The translations under genes and the position numbers were made by a program. Positions 18,915 through 28,623 of a stretch of DNA of 43,692 nucleotides are shown here, one piece after another. The notes beneath the pieces are model-generated. The model ran no database searches. It was not told the origin of the DNA and saw nothing but the letters and a program-made list of their open reading frames with translations. Source of the stretch: an uncultured Thermus sp. GTDB lineage: Bacteria; Deinococcota; Deinococci; Deinococcales; Thermaceae. Within the stretch, counting starts at the first letter, position 1, and each line of letters begins with the position of its first letter. The stretch covers positions 1-43,692 of the forward strand of contig CAMTVD010000007.1 of the NCBI GenBank assembly GCA_947085095.1, in the 5' to 3' direction.

Positions 18915-19649
18915 GTGGTCCTGGCGGCCTTGGTGATCCTCCTGGAAGGGGAGACCCCCCCTGAGCCCCTGGGCCTTAGGGGCTTCTTCTACGCCCTGCT
19001 GGAGGAGGTGGCCCCGGAGGTCCACGACCAGGGGGAAAACCCCTTCGCCCTGGGCTTTGGCGGGAGGGAAGGGGCCTACTGGGCCCGGGTGAGCCTCCTA
19101 AGTGAGGACCTCTACAGCCGGCTTGCGCCCAGGCTCTTCGCCCTGGAAGGCAGGGAGGCCCGCCTTGGCAGGCCCTTCCGGGTGCGGGCGGTCCTGCAGG
19201 AGGGCCACCCCTGGGCGGGCGTGGCCACCTACTCCCGCCTCTTCCAGGGGCCTGGGAGTCGCGACCTGCCCCTGCGCTTCCACTCCCCCACCTTCTTCCG
19301 CCGCAAGGGGGTCCACTACCCCCTGCCCGAGCCCCGGCTGGTGCTGGAAAGCCTCCTGAGGCGCCTGGAGGCCTTCGGCCCCCTGAAGGCCCCGGAAGGC
19401 GTGCGGGAGGCTCTTTTGGAGAGGACCACGGTGCGCTTCCTGGAGGGAAGGACCCAGCCGGCCAGGACGGAGGTGGACACCGTGGGTTTTGTGGGCAGGG
19501 CGGTCTACCACCTGCCCAGGGCCACGGAGGAGGAGGCCCTGTGGCTTTCCGCCCTGGGCCGCTTCGCCTTCTTTAGCGGGGTGGGGGCCAAGACCAGCCT
19601 GGGATACGGCCTGGCTAAGCCCCAGACCCTGCAAAACCCCAGCCCCTAG
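18915..19649 (+). CDS. cas6: CRISPR pre-crRNA endoribonuclease Cas6 (TtCas6A-like)
   Basis: EVHD His, FHSPTFF, C-terminal G-loop GVGAKTSLGYG. Confidence 0.93.
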   Translation: MVLAALVILLEGETPPEPLGLRGFFYALLEEVAPEVHDQGENPFALGFGGREGAYWARVSLLSEDLYSRLAPRLFALEGREARLGRPFRVRAVLQEGHPWAGVATYSRLFQGPGSRDLPLRFHSPTFFRRKGVHYPLPEPRLVLESLLRRLEAFGPLKAPEGVREALLERTTVRFLEGRTQPARTEVDTVGFVGRAVYHLPRATEEEALWLSALGRFAFFSGVGAKTSLGYGLAKPQTLQNPSP

Positions 19650-19771
19650 CCCTCTGCCGCGAGCCCGTGGCCGCCGCCCGGGGTGGTGGGGCCGGGCTAC
19701 GGGTGGAAGAGCGGCGAACGCCACTTGCCTGGGCACTCAGGCGCCCAAACCGGGGACTGGGCGGGTTGCCC

Positions 19772-20977
19772 TCAAAACCGGGGCCAGGGAGGGAGGGGCC
19801 TGAGCCTTTCGTCCAGCCTGGCGAGGAAGTCCCTCAAGGCCTCGTACTCCCCCTTGGCCACGGGCCTCGTGCCGTGGGCCAGGATGCTCTCGTGGCGCTT
19901 CTGCAGGAGGGCCTGGAGGCGGTTCTTCTCTCCGTAAAGCCTCTGGGCCAGGGTGCCCTGTTGCCCAAAGGCCAGGTCCAGGTCAAAGGCCGCCTCCAGG
20001 AGGTCCATGAGGCCCCTGGGCCTGAGGATCCGCTCCCTCAGGGACTCGGGGAAGCCCTGGGGCCAGGTCCTGGGGTCCTTGAGGAGGAAGCCCAGGCGCT
20101 CGTGGATGTCGGCCTCCACCGCAAGCTCCAGGGCCCGGTAAAGCCGGGCCAGGGCGTCGTCGTAGCGGCCCACCTCGGCCCGGCGCTCCGCGTTGGCCAG
20201 GAGGTCCTGGAGGAGGGGGAAGGTGGGTTTGCCCTCCTCCCTCACGATGGCCTCCAGGGCGGGGAAGGCCTCTTCCAGACCCTTCAGCACCCGCACCTTG
20301 GCCCCGTGCCCCCAGGCCTCAGCCACGGCCAGGGCGATGGGAAGGCTCCGGGAAAGCCCCTCCCAGGCCGCCCGGTGGCGGAAGCGGTCCCACTCGGCAA
20401 GCCCCTCCACCACCCCCTTCATGGCCCCGTAGAAGCGCCTCTCCGAAGGGGAGAGCTCCCTTTGCAAAAGGGCCTCCAGCTCCCCCAGGGCCACCCCCAG
20501 GTTCAGGGCGTTCCAGGCCCGGGTGAAGGCCTGCCACTCCCTGAGGCCCAGCCGGGCGGTGGGGTCCTCCAGGAGCCTGAGCCTCTCCGCCCCCGAGAGG
20601 ACCCGGCCCGTCTCCGGGTCCCGCTGCTCCCCGCCCACATAGCTGAAGACCACCCCCCTCCCCGTGAGGGCTAGGGCCAGCCCGGCGGCCATGGGCTTGG
20701 TGCCCCCGGTCAGGTCAGCCACTATGGCGGTGGCCTCCCACTCCAGGGCCTTCCTAAGAGCCCTGATGGCGGCCTGGTGGGCCTCCATCAGGCTTTCCGC
20801 GTCCTCCAGGAGGAGGGTGTGGTGGCGAAAGCTCCCCGCCCAGGTCTTGAGGACCTCGGCCACGGTGGTCTGGCTCGTCTGGCTGGCCAGGAAGATCACA
20901 CCCTCCGGGGTGTGCTCGGCGATGGCCACCTCCAGAGGCTCCTTGGTGTGGCCCACGGTGAGGATCAGGACCCGCAT
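19772..20977 (-). CDS. CARF-HEPN ribonuclease, TTHB144-like (cA4-activated, self-limiting type)
   Basis: LTVGHT, DLTGGTK94PM, YRALEL, HEPN R361-HESILA-H368. Confidence 0.88.
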   Translation of the reverse strand: MRVLILTVGHTKEPLEVAIAEHTPEGVIFLASQTSQTTVAEVLKTWAGSFRHHTLLLEDAESLMEAHQAAIRALRKALEWEATAIVADLTGGTKPMAAGLALALTGRGVVFSYVGGEQRDPETGRVLSGAERLRLLEDPTARLGLREWQAFTRAWNALNLGVALGELEALLQRELSPSERRFYGAMKGVVEGLAEWDRFRHRAAWEGLSRSLPIALAVAEAWGHGAKVRVLKGLEEAFPALEAIVREEGKPTFPLLQDLLANAERRAEVGRYDDALARLYRALELAVEADIHERLGFLLKDPRTWPQGFPESLRERILRPRGLMDLLEAAFDLDLAFGQQGTLAQRLYGEKNRLQALLQKRHESILAHGTRPVAKGEYEALRDFLARLDERLRPLPPWPRF

Positions 20978-20986
20978 GGGCCCATT

Positions 20987-21262
20987 CTAGACCACCAGGA
21001 AGGCGGGGTCCTCGGCCCCTATGGGCCCTGCCCCCAGGACCTCCACCCGGCCCTCCACCGGGTAAAGGCGCAGGGCATCCTGGCCCAGGTCCAGAACCCT
21101 CCGGGCCCGGGCCATGAGGTCCTGAAGGAGCTTCTCGTCCAGGTAGCACTCAAACACCGAGAGCTGGACCCTTTCCCCGTAGCTCTTGAGGAGGTTGGCC
21201 AGCTTGACCCTGCGAGCATCGTCCGCCACGTCGTAGGCCACCGCGTAGAGCCGTTTGGGCAT
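20987..21262 (-). CDS. cas2: CRISPR-associated Cas2
   Basis: AVAYDV.DD.RR, GERVQLSVFE, D.LRLYP. Confidence 0.95.
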   Translation of the reverse strand: MPKRLYAVAYDVADDARRVKLANLLKSYGERVQLSVFECYLDEKLLQDLMARARRVLDLGQDALRLYPVEGRVEVLGAGPIGAEDPAFLVV

Positions 21263-21308
21263 GGGGGCAGTCTACCCAAAGGCCTGCTTGGGCGCACGGG
21301 GGAGAGAA

Positions 21309-21685
21309 GAGGGGGGCCCCTTACGAGGCTAAAGGTTCTGACAGGCAAGACAGTATAAATCCCCTGACGGGGCTAAAGGTTCTGCAACACAAGGAAGAAC
21401 TCATTAGGATGCTCTTTCAGCACTAGTCGCAATCCCCTGACGGGGCTAAAGGTTCTGCAACAAATCGGCGCCGAGATGGCGAAAAGCGAGGATGGCGCAA
21501 AGGTCGCAATCCCCTGACGGGGCTAAAGGTTCTGCAACCTTACCCATGGCCCCATCCTATCACTCCCTCATGGGGTCGCAATCCCCTGACGGGGCTAAAG
21601 GTTCTGCAACAGATGGGCGGCTTACTGTCGGCGAACGACAACATTGTTGGTCGCAATCCCCTGACGGGGCTAAAGGTTCTGCAAC
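21309..21685 (-). CRISPR. Type III CRISPR array: 36-bp repeat GTTGCAGAACCTTTAGCCCCGTCAGGGGATTGCGAC (- strand), 4 perfect + 1 variant + 1 remnant repeat, 4 spacers
   Basis: Perfect repeats at 21426-21461, 21503-21538, 21575-21610 and 21650-21685; variant at 21353-21388; remnant at about 21309-21344. Spacers are 37, 41, 36 and 39 bp. CCCC-GTCA-GGGG stem and ATTGCGAC 3' handle. Confidence 0.97.
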
Positions 21686-22048
21686 TCTACCCCCTGGTTT
21701 TCCCTGTGTGGGACGGGGCTTTTGGAGGGGGGGTTTGTGAGAAAGATGAAGCTTGGAATATGCATAAGGCGAATAAAGGGGGTTTTGGGGGGTTTTGGCC
21801 CATCCTCAAGCCACAGCAGAAGGTGCGATGAGAAGGTGAAAACGCATATTGCCCATCCCTAAGGGAAGAACTGGCTTTCAAGCTCCCCACCCGGAGGCCC
21901 GGGTTAGGGGGAGTATAGCACACACAGCAACGCTAGACTGGGTCAAAATGTAGGCGAAAAGGTGGCTTGCGGAGGAGGCTTTGTTTTTCAAAGCGCAAAA
22001 GAGGCCAGTTGCATCGCAATTTTGCTGACAAGTGTAGTAAAGGCCGCT
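21686..22048 (-). promoter_or_regulatory. CRISPR leader with candidate extended -10 (TGcTATACT, 21920-21912)
   Basis: AT-richer non-coding stretch adjoining the perfect-repeat end; degenerate repeats are at the opposite end. Confidence 0.7.
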
Positions 22049-22982
22049 CTACCGCCACAGGTAGAAGGGGGTGTATGCACTCCGCCCCAGGATAGCCGCC
22101 TTCAGCCTGTGGGCCTGGAGCTCCAGGAGCTCCCCGTAGGCCTTGCGGAAGCCCAGGGGGTGGGTGGCCTCCTCCGCGAAGCGGGCTTCCAGCAGGGTGA
22201 TGAGGCGCTTCTTGCCCTCCTCGTTCAGGTAAACCCCTCCCTGCCTGGGCTCGGTGTGGGCGGGGGTGAGCTGGCCCCGGCGGAAGGCGGTGAGGACCAC
22301 CTGGTCCACCACGGGGATGCGGAACTCCTCCATGAGGTCCAGGGCCAGGGCGGGGCTCCTGCGCCCCTCGGCGTGGAGGAAGCCCACCTCGGGGTGGAGG
22401 CCGCAAAGCCGGAGGGCCAGGAGGCTCCGCCCCAGGAGGACGGCGTAGCCGTAGGAGAGGGCGGCGTTGACGGGGTCCTTGGGGGGTCTGCGGCTCCGCC
22501 CGGAGAAGCCGTGGGTGCCAAGGAGATGGGCTAGCCCGGCGAAGTAAGCCCGGCTTCCCAGGCCCTCCGCGCCCCTGAGGCGTTCCAGGGTCCTGGCCTC
22601 CTCCGCCCGGCCCAAAGCCTCCGCCAGGGCCTCGGCCTGGGGTAGCCCGTGGCGCAGGAGGAGGGCGTGGGCGGAGCGGAGCTTGCCCAGGACAAAGGCC
22701 CGGGCCAGGGGAAGGGGCGGGGCTCAGGTGGGCGGGGTCCGGGTCGGGGAAGGCCCCCGCCACGCCGTAGAAGTGGCCGTCGGTGGAAAAGTAAAAGATC
22801 GGAACCCCCTGCCCAAGGAGGAAGGTGAGGGCGGGGGTGGAAAGGCGGACATTGCCCCAAAGGGCCACCCGGCGCACCTGGCGGGCGGGGAGGTCGGCCA
22901 GCTTGGCCCCGTCCTTTTCCAGAAGGAGGCGGCCCGCCTTGAGCCTCAGGGTGGCCCCCTGGTGGGTGAGGTGGAGGGTCAT
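22049..22982 (-). pseudogene. cas1: Cas1, frameshifted near 22722
   Basis: N-part MTLHLTHQGATL..PAHL is in one frame. The C-part LPLARAFVLGKL..EG..NAALSYGY..GFLH..LALDLMEEFR..PFYLWR is in another. Confidence 0.9.
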
Positions 22983-23000
22983 GGATTAGGTATATCCCGC

Positions 23001-23042
23001 CGTGTGCAAATGTCACAGGGGTGCCCAGGTTCTTGATATACT
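23001..23042 (+). promoter_or_regulatory. CRP-type site plus -10 box of the csm operon
   Basis: CGTGTGCAAATGTCACAGGG (23001-23020) fits the T. thermophilus CRP consensus as I recall it (YNNGKKCMNWNNTCACANSS). TATACT at 23037-23042. Confidence 0.75.
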
Positions 23043-23051
23043 CTCGCCAAC

Positions 23052-25466
23052 ATGGCACGGGACGGGCTGGATCAGGCCCTGGCAGGTTTACTCCACGATG
23101 TGGGCAAGCTCTACTCCCGGGCCCGTTGGGGAGAGCGGGAAGAGGGCATGGCTGACCGGACCCACACCGCCTACACCGCCCGCTTCGTCAGGGAGCACGC
23201 CTCCCTCTTCCAGAAGGCCGGGCTGGACCCCGGCTGGCTGGCGGAGACAGCGAGCCGCCACCACGAGGGCTGGCGGGACCGGCCCCAGTACCAACCCGAA
23301 ACCCCGGAGGCCTGGTGCGTGGCCTTGGCGGACACCTACGCCTCCAAGGAAAGGGAGGAGGGCGGGGAGGGGGGAAGCCCCCCGGAGGTGCCCCTAAGCC
23401 CGCCTTTCCAAAGGCTCCGGCTGGTGGGCAAGGAGGGCGGGGAGGGGGGCTACAGGCCGGTTTCCGCAAATGGCCAGGTGGGCCTCGCCCCTGGGGTCCT
23501 CTACCCCGAGGCCGCCCCCGGGCTCAGCAAGAGCACCTATGAGCGGCTTGTGGAGAGGCTCGAGGAGCGCCTCCGGGGCATAGAGCGCCTCCACCCCAGC
23601 AAGGAGGCCCTTTTGGCCAACCTGGCCCTGGCCTTCCAGGAGGTGCTCTCCTTGGTGCCCGCGGACACCCAGAGCGAGCCCGACGTTTCCCTCTACGACC
23701 ACCTCCGCCTCACGGCGGCCATCGCCCACGCCCTCTGGCTCTACCACGGGGGAGAGCCCTCGGTGGAAGACCTGAGGCGGGACGGGGAGAAGTTCCTCCT
23801 GGTGGTGGGGGACCTGGGAGGAATCCAGGGGCACATCTACCGCATCGCCGGGGCGGAGACGGGGGTGGGGGGGATCGCCAAACGGCTTAGGGCGAGGAGC
23901 CTCGAGGTCAGCCTGGCGGCGGAGGCCATGGCCCTGGGGCTGCTCAGGAGGGTGGGCCTCACCCCCTTGAACCGCATCCTGGGAGCCGGGGGCAAGTTCT
24001 ACCTCCTCCTGCCCAACACCGAGGAGGCGCGAAAGGTTCTGGAGGAGGCCCAGGAGGCCTGGGGGCGCTGGGCCCTGGGGCGGGGAGGGAGCCTGGTGCC
24101 CCACCTGGCCCATCTGGCCTTTACGGGCGGGGAGTTCCGTGACTTCGCCGGGGTCCTGAGCCGGCTCCACGGGGAGCTGGCCCGGGCGAAGCTCAGGCCC
24201 TTCCCCTTCCTGAAGCGCACCGAGGAAACCCGGGGCCTGGCCCTAAGGCCCTGCGCGGCCTGCGGCCTTAGGCCCGCGAGGGAGGACGAGCCCGGAAGCC
24301 TCTGCCCGGACTGCGAAAGGGAGCGGGAGGTGGGGGGGCTTCTGCCCAAGCGGGACCGGGTGGGCTTCTTCCCCGCCGAGGCCCCAAGGCCCTACTGGGG
24401 CTTCCCCACCCTTAGGGTGGCCCTGGGAGATGGCCCTGGGGTGGCCCACCTCTTCCGGGCGGGGCTGGAGTTTGCCCCTTGGGAGGCCCCCTCCGAGGTC
24501 AAGCCCCTCCTGGGCCACCTGCCCCGGGTGGAGCACGCCCTGAGGGCCACGGGAAAGACCCTGGAAGATTACCAGGCTTGGGCCAGGGGGGAGGGCCTTT
24601 TGGAGGACGAGGAGGGCGGGGTGGACCGGGTCCTGACCTTCGGGGAGCTGGCGGCCCTATCCCAGGGGGCCTCCTACCTGGGGGCCCTGATGCTGGACGC
24701 CGACCGCATGGGGGAGGCCTTCGCCACTGGCTTCAGGCGGGAAGGCCGGGACCTCGCTTCCCCAAGCCGCCTGGCCGCCCTTTCCCGGACCCTCGAGGCC
24801 TTCTTCGCCACCGAGGTCCTTTCCCTCATCCAGACCCCTAGCCTTTACGGGAAGCGCCTGGGATGGGACGCCCTCGAGGCCAAGGGGAAGGAGGCCCGCT
24901 ACCCCCTCATCTACAGCGTCTACTCCGGGGGGGACGACCTCTTCCTCCTGGGGCCATGGGATGCCCTTTTGGACTTCGCCTTGGACCTGGAAAGGCTATA
25001 CGCCCTCTTCACCCGCCACGAGGCCCTGACCCTCTCCGGGGGTTTCCTCCTGGCGAACCCCAACCTGCCCATCCCCGAGCTCTCCCGGGCCCTGCAGAAG
25101 GCGGAGAAGGCCGCTAAGGAGGCGGGGCGGGGGAGGCTTTTCCTCTTCGGCCAGGCGGTTCCCTGGACCCAGCTCCGGGCCCTTCGCCAAGAGGTGGAGA
25201 CCCTAAGGGGGGACCTGAGGGCGGAACGAGTTTCCCGGGCCCAGGTCTACCGCTGGCTTTCCCTCTGGCGGCGGTTCTGGCCCCTGGAGGACCCCGGGGA
25301 GCGGATGCGCTACAAGCCCCTCCTGGCCTACGCCCTGAGGCGGGTGCGGGAGCGGGATGAGGTGGCTTGGAAGAGGTACCTGAGGCTTCTGGACCACCAG
25401 GACCCGGCCTGGGAGTACCTCCCGGTATGGGTCCAGTGGGGGCTTTATCTGGAAAGGAGGGCGTGA
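23052..25466 (+). CDS. cas10: Type III-A Cas10/Csm1
   Basis: LLHDVGK HD motif, SLYDH, GDLGGIQ, CxxC..CxxC, DADRMG, YSGGDD palm motif. Confidence 0.97.
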   Translation: MARDGLDQALAGLLHDVGKLYSRARWGEREEGMADRTHTAYTARFVREHASLFQKAGLDPGWLAETASRHHEGWRDRPQYQPETPEAWCVALADTYASKEREEGGEGGSPPEVPLSPPFQRLRLVGKEGGEGGYRPVSANGQVGLAPGVLYPEAAPGLSKSTYERLVERLEERLRGIERLHPSKEALLANLALAFQEVLSLVPADTQSEPDVSLYDHLRLTAAIAHALWLYHGGEPSVEDLRRDGEKFLLVVGDLGGIQGHIYRIAGAETGVGGIAKRLRARSLEVSLAAEAMALGLLRRVGLTPLNRILGAGGKFYLLLPNTEEARKVLEEAQEAWGRWALGRGGSLVPHLAHLAFTGGEFRDFAGVLSRLHGELARAKLRPFPFLKRTEETRGLALRPCAACGLRPAREDEPGSLCPDCEREREVGGLLPKRDRVGFFPAEAPRPYWGFPTLRVALGDGPGVAHLFRAGLEFAPWEAPSEVKPLLGHLPRVEHALRATGKTLEDYQAWARGEGLLEDEEGGVDRVLTFGELAALSQGASYLGALMLDADRMGEAFATGFRREGRDLASPSRLAALSRTLEAFFATEVLSLIQTPSLYGKRLGWDALEAKGKEARYPLIYSVYSGGDDLFLLGPWDALLDFALDLERLYALFTRHEALTLSGGFLLANPNLPIPELSRALQKAEKAAKEAGRGRLFLFGQAVPWTQLRALRQEVETLRGDLRAERVSRAQVYRWLSLWRRFWPLEDPGERMRYKPLLAYALRRVRERDEVAWKRYLRLLDHQDPAWEYLPVWVQWGLYLERRA

Positions 25467-25871
25467 ATGCCGGCGTTGGAGTTCTATAGGGACAAGGAGC
25501 GGGGCATCCTGGACCCCGGGGTCTTTGAGCGGGCAAGGGAGGTAGCCCAGGAGCTGGTCAGGGAGGGACAGATCAAGTCCAGCCAGTTCCGCAACTACTT
25601 CGCCGAGCTCCGGGCGCTGGAAAACCGCTTTGAGCGGGAGAGGCGGGAGGACGAGGCCTTGGCCTTCGCCCGGCTGGTGCCCCAGCTGGAGCTCCTCAAG
25701 GCCAAGCTCCACTACAACACCCGCTCCCAGGGGCCCCTGCGGAATGCCAAGGCCTTTGTGCGCTTTCTGGAAGAAGCCCTGGACGCGGGTAAGCGGAGCC
25801 CCAAGGACTTTGAGGCCATGATGAAGTACGTGGAGGCGGTGCTGGCCTACTTCTACGCCTCGGGCAAGTAG
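25467..25871 (+). CDS. csm2: Csm2 small subunit
   Basis: SQFRNYF, LKAKLHY, YVEAVLAYF; position after cas10. Confidence 0.93.
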   Translation: MPALEFYRDKERGILDPGVFERAREVAQELVREGQIKSSQFRNYFAELRALENRFERERREDEALAFARLVPQLELLKAKLHYNTRSQGPLRNAKAFVRFLEEALDAGKRSPKDFEAMMKYVEAVLAYFYASGK

Positions 25872-25881
25872 GAGGGTGAGG

Positions 25882-26613
25882 ATGAAGCTCAGGAAGGTGA
25901 TCCGCATCCGCTCGGTGCTCCTGGCCAAGACGGGCCTCAGGATCGGCATGAGCCGGGACCAGATGGCCATCGGCGACCTGGACAACCCCGTGATCCGCAA
26001 CCCCCTCACCGACGAGCCCTACATCCCGGGCTCCAGCCTCAAGGGGAAGCTCCGCTACCTCCTGGAATGGTCCCTGGGCGGGAAATACATCCTGGAGGCC
26101 AAGGAGCGCCACGTCTACGCTTCCGATGACCCCACAGACCCCGTGGCCCGCATCTTCGGCCTGGCTCCAGAGAACGACCCAAGGGCCCTGGAGATTGCCA
26201 GGCAACGGGGCCCCACCCGCCTCTTGGTGCGGGACGCCTACCTCCTGGAGGAATCCAAGCGGGAGCTGGAGCGCACCGCCGTCCGGGGGGGGCTCTACAC
26301 GGAGATCAAACAGGAAGTCTTCATCCCGAGGCTTGGCGGGAACGCCAACCCCCGCACCACGGAAAGGGTGCCCGCGGGGGCCCGGTTTGACGTGGAGATG
26401 TCCTACCGGGTCCTGGACGACCTGGACGAGGACTACTTCCACAAGTACCTCCTCCGCGCCCTGGAGCTTCTGGAGGTGGACGGCCTTGGGGGGCACATCA
26501 GCCGGGGGTACGGGCAGGTCTACTTCCTCCACCCCCAAAGGCCCTGGGATGCCCAGGAGGGCCTTCCCCTCAAGGAGAGGCTTTTGGTGGAGGAGATCGC
26601 CCTCGGGGCCTAG
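25882..26613 (+). CDS. csm3: Csm3 RAMP backbone nuclease
   Basis: TGLRIG, IGDLDNP (catalytic Asp), PYIPGSSLKGKLR, GLGGHISRGYG. Confidence 0.95.
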   Translation: MKLRKVIRIRSVLLAKTGLRIGMSRDQMAIGDLDNPVIRNPLTDEPYIPGSSLKGKLRYLLEWSLGGKYILEAKERHVYASDDPTDPVARIFGLAPENDPRALEIARQRGPTRLLVRDAYLLEESKRELERTAVRGGLYTEIKQEVFIPRLGGNANPRTTERVPAGARFDVEMSYRVLDDLDEDYFHKYLLRALELLEVDGLGGHISRGYGQVYFLHPQRPWDAQEGLPLKERLLVEEIALGA

Positions 26614-26614
26614 C

Positions 26615-27481
26615 ATGCGGGCCACCCTCTTCCGCCTCTACTTCCAAGGCCCCCTGAAGGAGCTCCCCCGGGCCCCCACCCTCCTCGGCCACCTCCTCTG
26701 GTGGTACCGCTACGCCTACGGGCGGGAGGCCCTCGAGGGCCTCCTGGAAAACCCCCTGCCCTTCCGCCTCTCCAGCGTCTTCCCTGAGGGCTGGCTCCCC
26801 AGGCCCAAGCTCCCCCCTGTGCAGGTGGAGGAGACGGTGCTCCGCAAGGCCATAAAGAACCTCCAGCTCGTCAGCCTGGAGACCTTCCAGGAGGTGGCGG
26901 AGAAGGGCGAGGTGGCCCTCCTCGAGGCCCCCGAGGTGAGGGGGAAAAAGGCCCCCCCGGAGCCCAGGCGCCTCCGCCGGAGCCGGGTGGGGATTGACCG
27001 GGGCACGGGGGCGGCCAGGAGGGGCATCCTCTTCACCCAGGAGCTCCTCTTCCCCGACCCCAGGACCCCCTACGCCCTATACGCCCTAGGGGAGCCCCCC
27101 TTTGACCTCCTGGACGGCCTCCGCTTCGTGGGGGAGATGGGCTTTGGCGGAGGGGCCAGCGTGGGCCTGGGGCGCTTCCGGGTGGAGGAGCCCCTGAGCG
27201 TGGAGCTTCCCGAGGCCAAAGGGGCCAACGCCTACGCCACCCTGGCCCCGGGGCCCCTGGAGGGGGCGGTCTACTACGAGCTGGAGCCCTACTGGGGCCG
27301 CCTGGGCGGGGCCTACGTGGGGGCCAAGCCCTTCAAAGGCCCCTTCTTCCGCACCCGGGAGGGGAGCGTCTATCGGGAGGCCACCGCCCTTTACCTGGAC
27401 ACCACCCCCGAGGACCCGCCGGAGGAGGGGGTGCGGGTGCTGGACTTCCTCGGGGTCTTCCCCCTGGGGGTGAGGCTATGA
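26615..27481 (+). CDS. csm4: Csm4 RAMP (Cas5 group)
   Basis: PTLLG, LSSVFP, RVGIDR, GFGGGASVGLG, EGS. Confidence 0.92.
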   Translation: MRATLFRLYFQGPLKELPRAPTLLGHLLWWYRYAYGREALEGLLENPLPFRLSSVFPEGWLPRPKLPPVQVEETVLRKAIKNLQLVSLETFQEVAEKGEVALLEAPEVRGKKAPPEPRRLRRSRVGIDRGTGAARRGILFTQELLFPDPRTPYALYALGEPPFDLLDGLRFVGEMGFGGGASVGLGRFRVEEPLSVELPEAKGANAYATLAPGPLEGAVYYELEPYWGRLGGAYVGAKPFKGPFFRTREGSVYREATALYLDTTPEDPPEEGVRVLDFLGVFPLGVRL

Positions 27482-28623
27482 GCTTCCTAGAGGGTTTTCG
27501 CTTGGAGCTGGAGGCCCTGGGCCCGGTTCACGTGGGCACGGGGGAGGCCTACCCCGCCTACGCCTACGTGCCCGACTTCCAGAGGAAGGAGGTCCACCTC
27601 CTGGACCCGGGGACCCTCCTCCTCGCCCTGCCTGAGGCCAGAAGAAGGCAGTTCCTGGAAAAGGTGGCCCAAGGTCCCAAGGCGGCCCAGGAGGTGCTCC
27701 GCTACCTCTATCAGGAGGGCCAGCTCCCCCAGGAGGCGGTCCTCCGCACCCTGCCCGCCAGCGCCGCCTTCCTGAGGACCGTTCAGGAAGCCACGGAGGA
27801 GGCCCTCCTGGAGTGGCGGGCCCTGCCGCGCTCGCCCCTTGGGGCCTACCTGCCGGGCTCCAGCGTCAAGGGGGCCCTGCGCACGGCCTGGCTTTTCTGG
27901 ACCCTGGCGGAAAGGAATCTGGTGGCCGAGTTCAAAGGCGGAGGGTGGCGGGTAAGGCAGGCTACCCCAGCGGACAAGGGTGTCCACATCTGGCCTCCCC
28001 CGGAGGCCAACGCCAAACACGATCAAACGGGGCGGAACCAGGCCTTTGAGGGGGCGGTGCTGGGCTACGCCGGAGAAAGGAACGGGCGGCCAACCCTGGA
28101 CCTCTACCGGGACCCCTTCCGAGCCGTGCGCCTTTCCGACGCCACGCCGGGGGAAGGTTTCCTGAACCGGATCGGGGTTTTCCACCCTAAGAAGGACACC
28201 TCGGGCCTGGCCCTCTTGGCGGAGACCTTCCGCAAGGGAAGCCGCTTTACCCTGAGCTTCCGCTACCACGGGGGGCTAAGCCAGCATGGGGGCGTTTCCA
28301 TGCCCATCCCACCCGAGGCCCTCCGGCGGGCCCTGCGGGAGTACTACACCCGGGTGGCGGAGTGGGAGCAGGATTTTGCTGAAGAGCACCAGCTCAAAAA
28401 CGCCCTGAAGCTCTATGAGGAGCTTTTCCAGCGCCTTGAGGACCCCGAGGTCTTCCCCATAAGGGTGGGCTTCGGCTCGGGGCGGCTCTCCCTCAGGCTC
28501 GCCCTCCTCCTCCCCGAGGACCATCCCGAAGGCCAGGAGCCCAAAACCCGGAAGACTGCGGGAAGCAGAGAGCCCCAGGACGGCTTCCCTTTGGGTTGGA
28601 TGGTGGGAAGGTTGGTGGGGTAG
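27478..28623 (+). CDS. csm5: Csm5 RAMP
   Basis: LGPVHVGTG, YLPGSSVKGALRTA, DPFRAVRLSD, RVGFGSG, PLGW. Confidence 0.92.
   Translation: MSFLEGFRLELEALGPVHVGTGEAYPAYAYVPDFQRKEVHLLDPGTLLLALPEARRRQFLEKVAQGPKAAQEVLRYLYQEGQLPQEAVLRTLPASAAFLRTVQEATEEALLEWRALPRSPLGAYLPGSSVKGALRTAWLFWTLAERNLVAEFKGGGWRVRQATPADKGVHIWPPPEANAKHDQTGRNQAFEGAVLGYAGERNGRPTLDLYRDPFRAVRLSDATPGEGFLNRIGVFHPKKDTSGLALLAETFRKGSRFTLSFRYHGGLSQHGGVSMPIPPEALRRALREYYTRVAEWEQDFAEEHQLKNALKLYEELFQRLEDPEVFPIRVGFGSGRLSLRLALLLPEDHPEGQEPKTRKTAGSREPQDGFPLGWMVGRLVG

Noticed and set aside
21730..21755. TCACA half-site in the leader as a second CRP box
   Set aside because: The other half does not fit the consensus.
21492..21923. ORFs across the array and leader, including the SQSPDGAKGSAT repeat peptide
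   Set aside because: Translations of CRISPR repeats and leader sequence.
26126..26614. Extended Csm4 N-terminus
   Set aside because: Off-frame overlap with csm3; the real start is ATG 26615.
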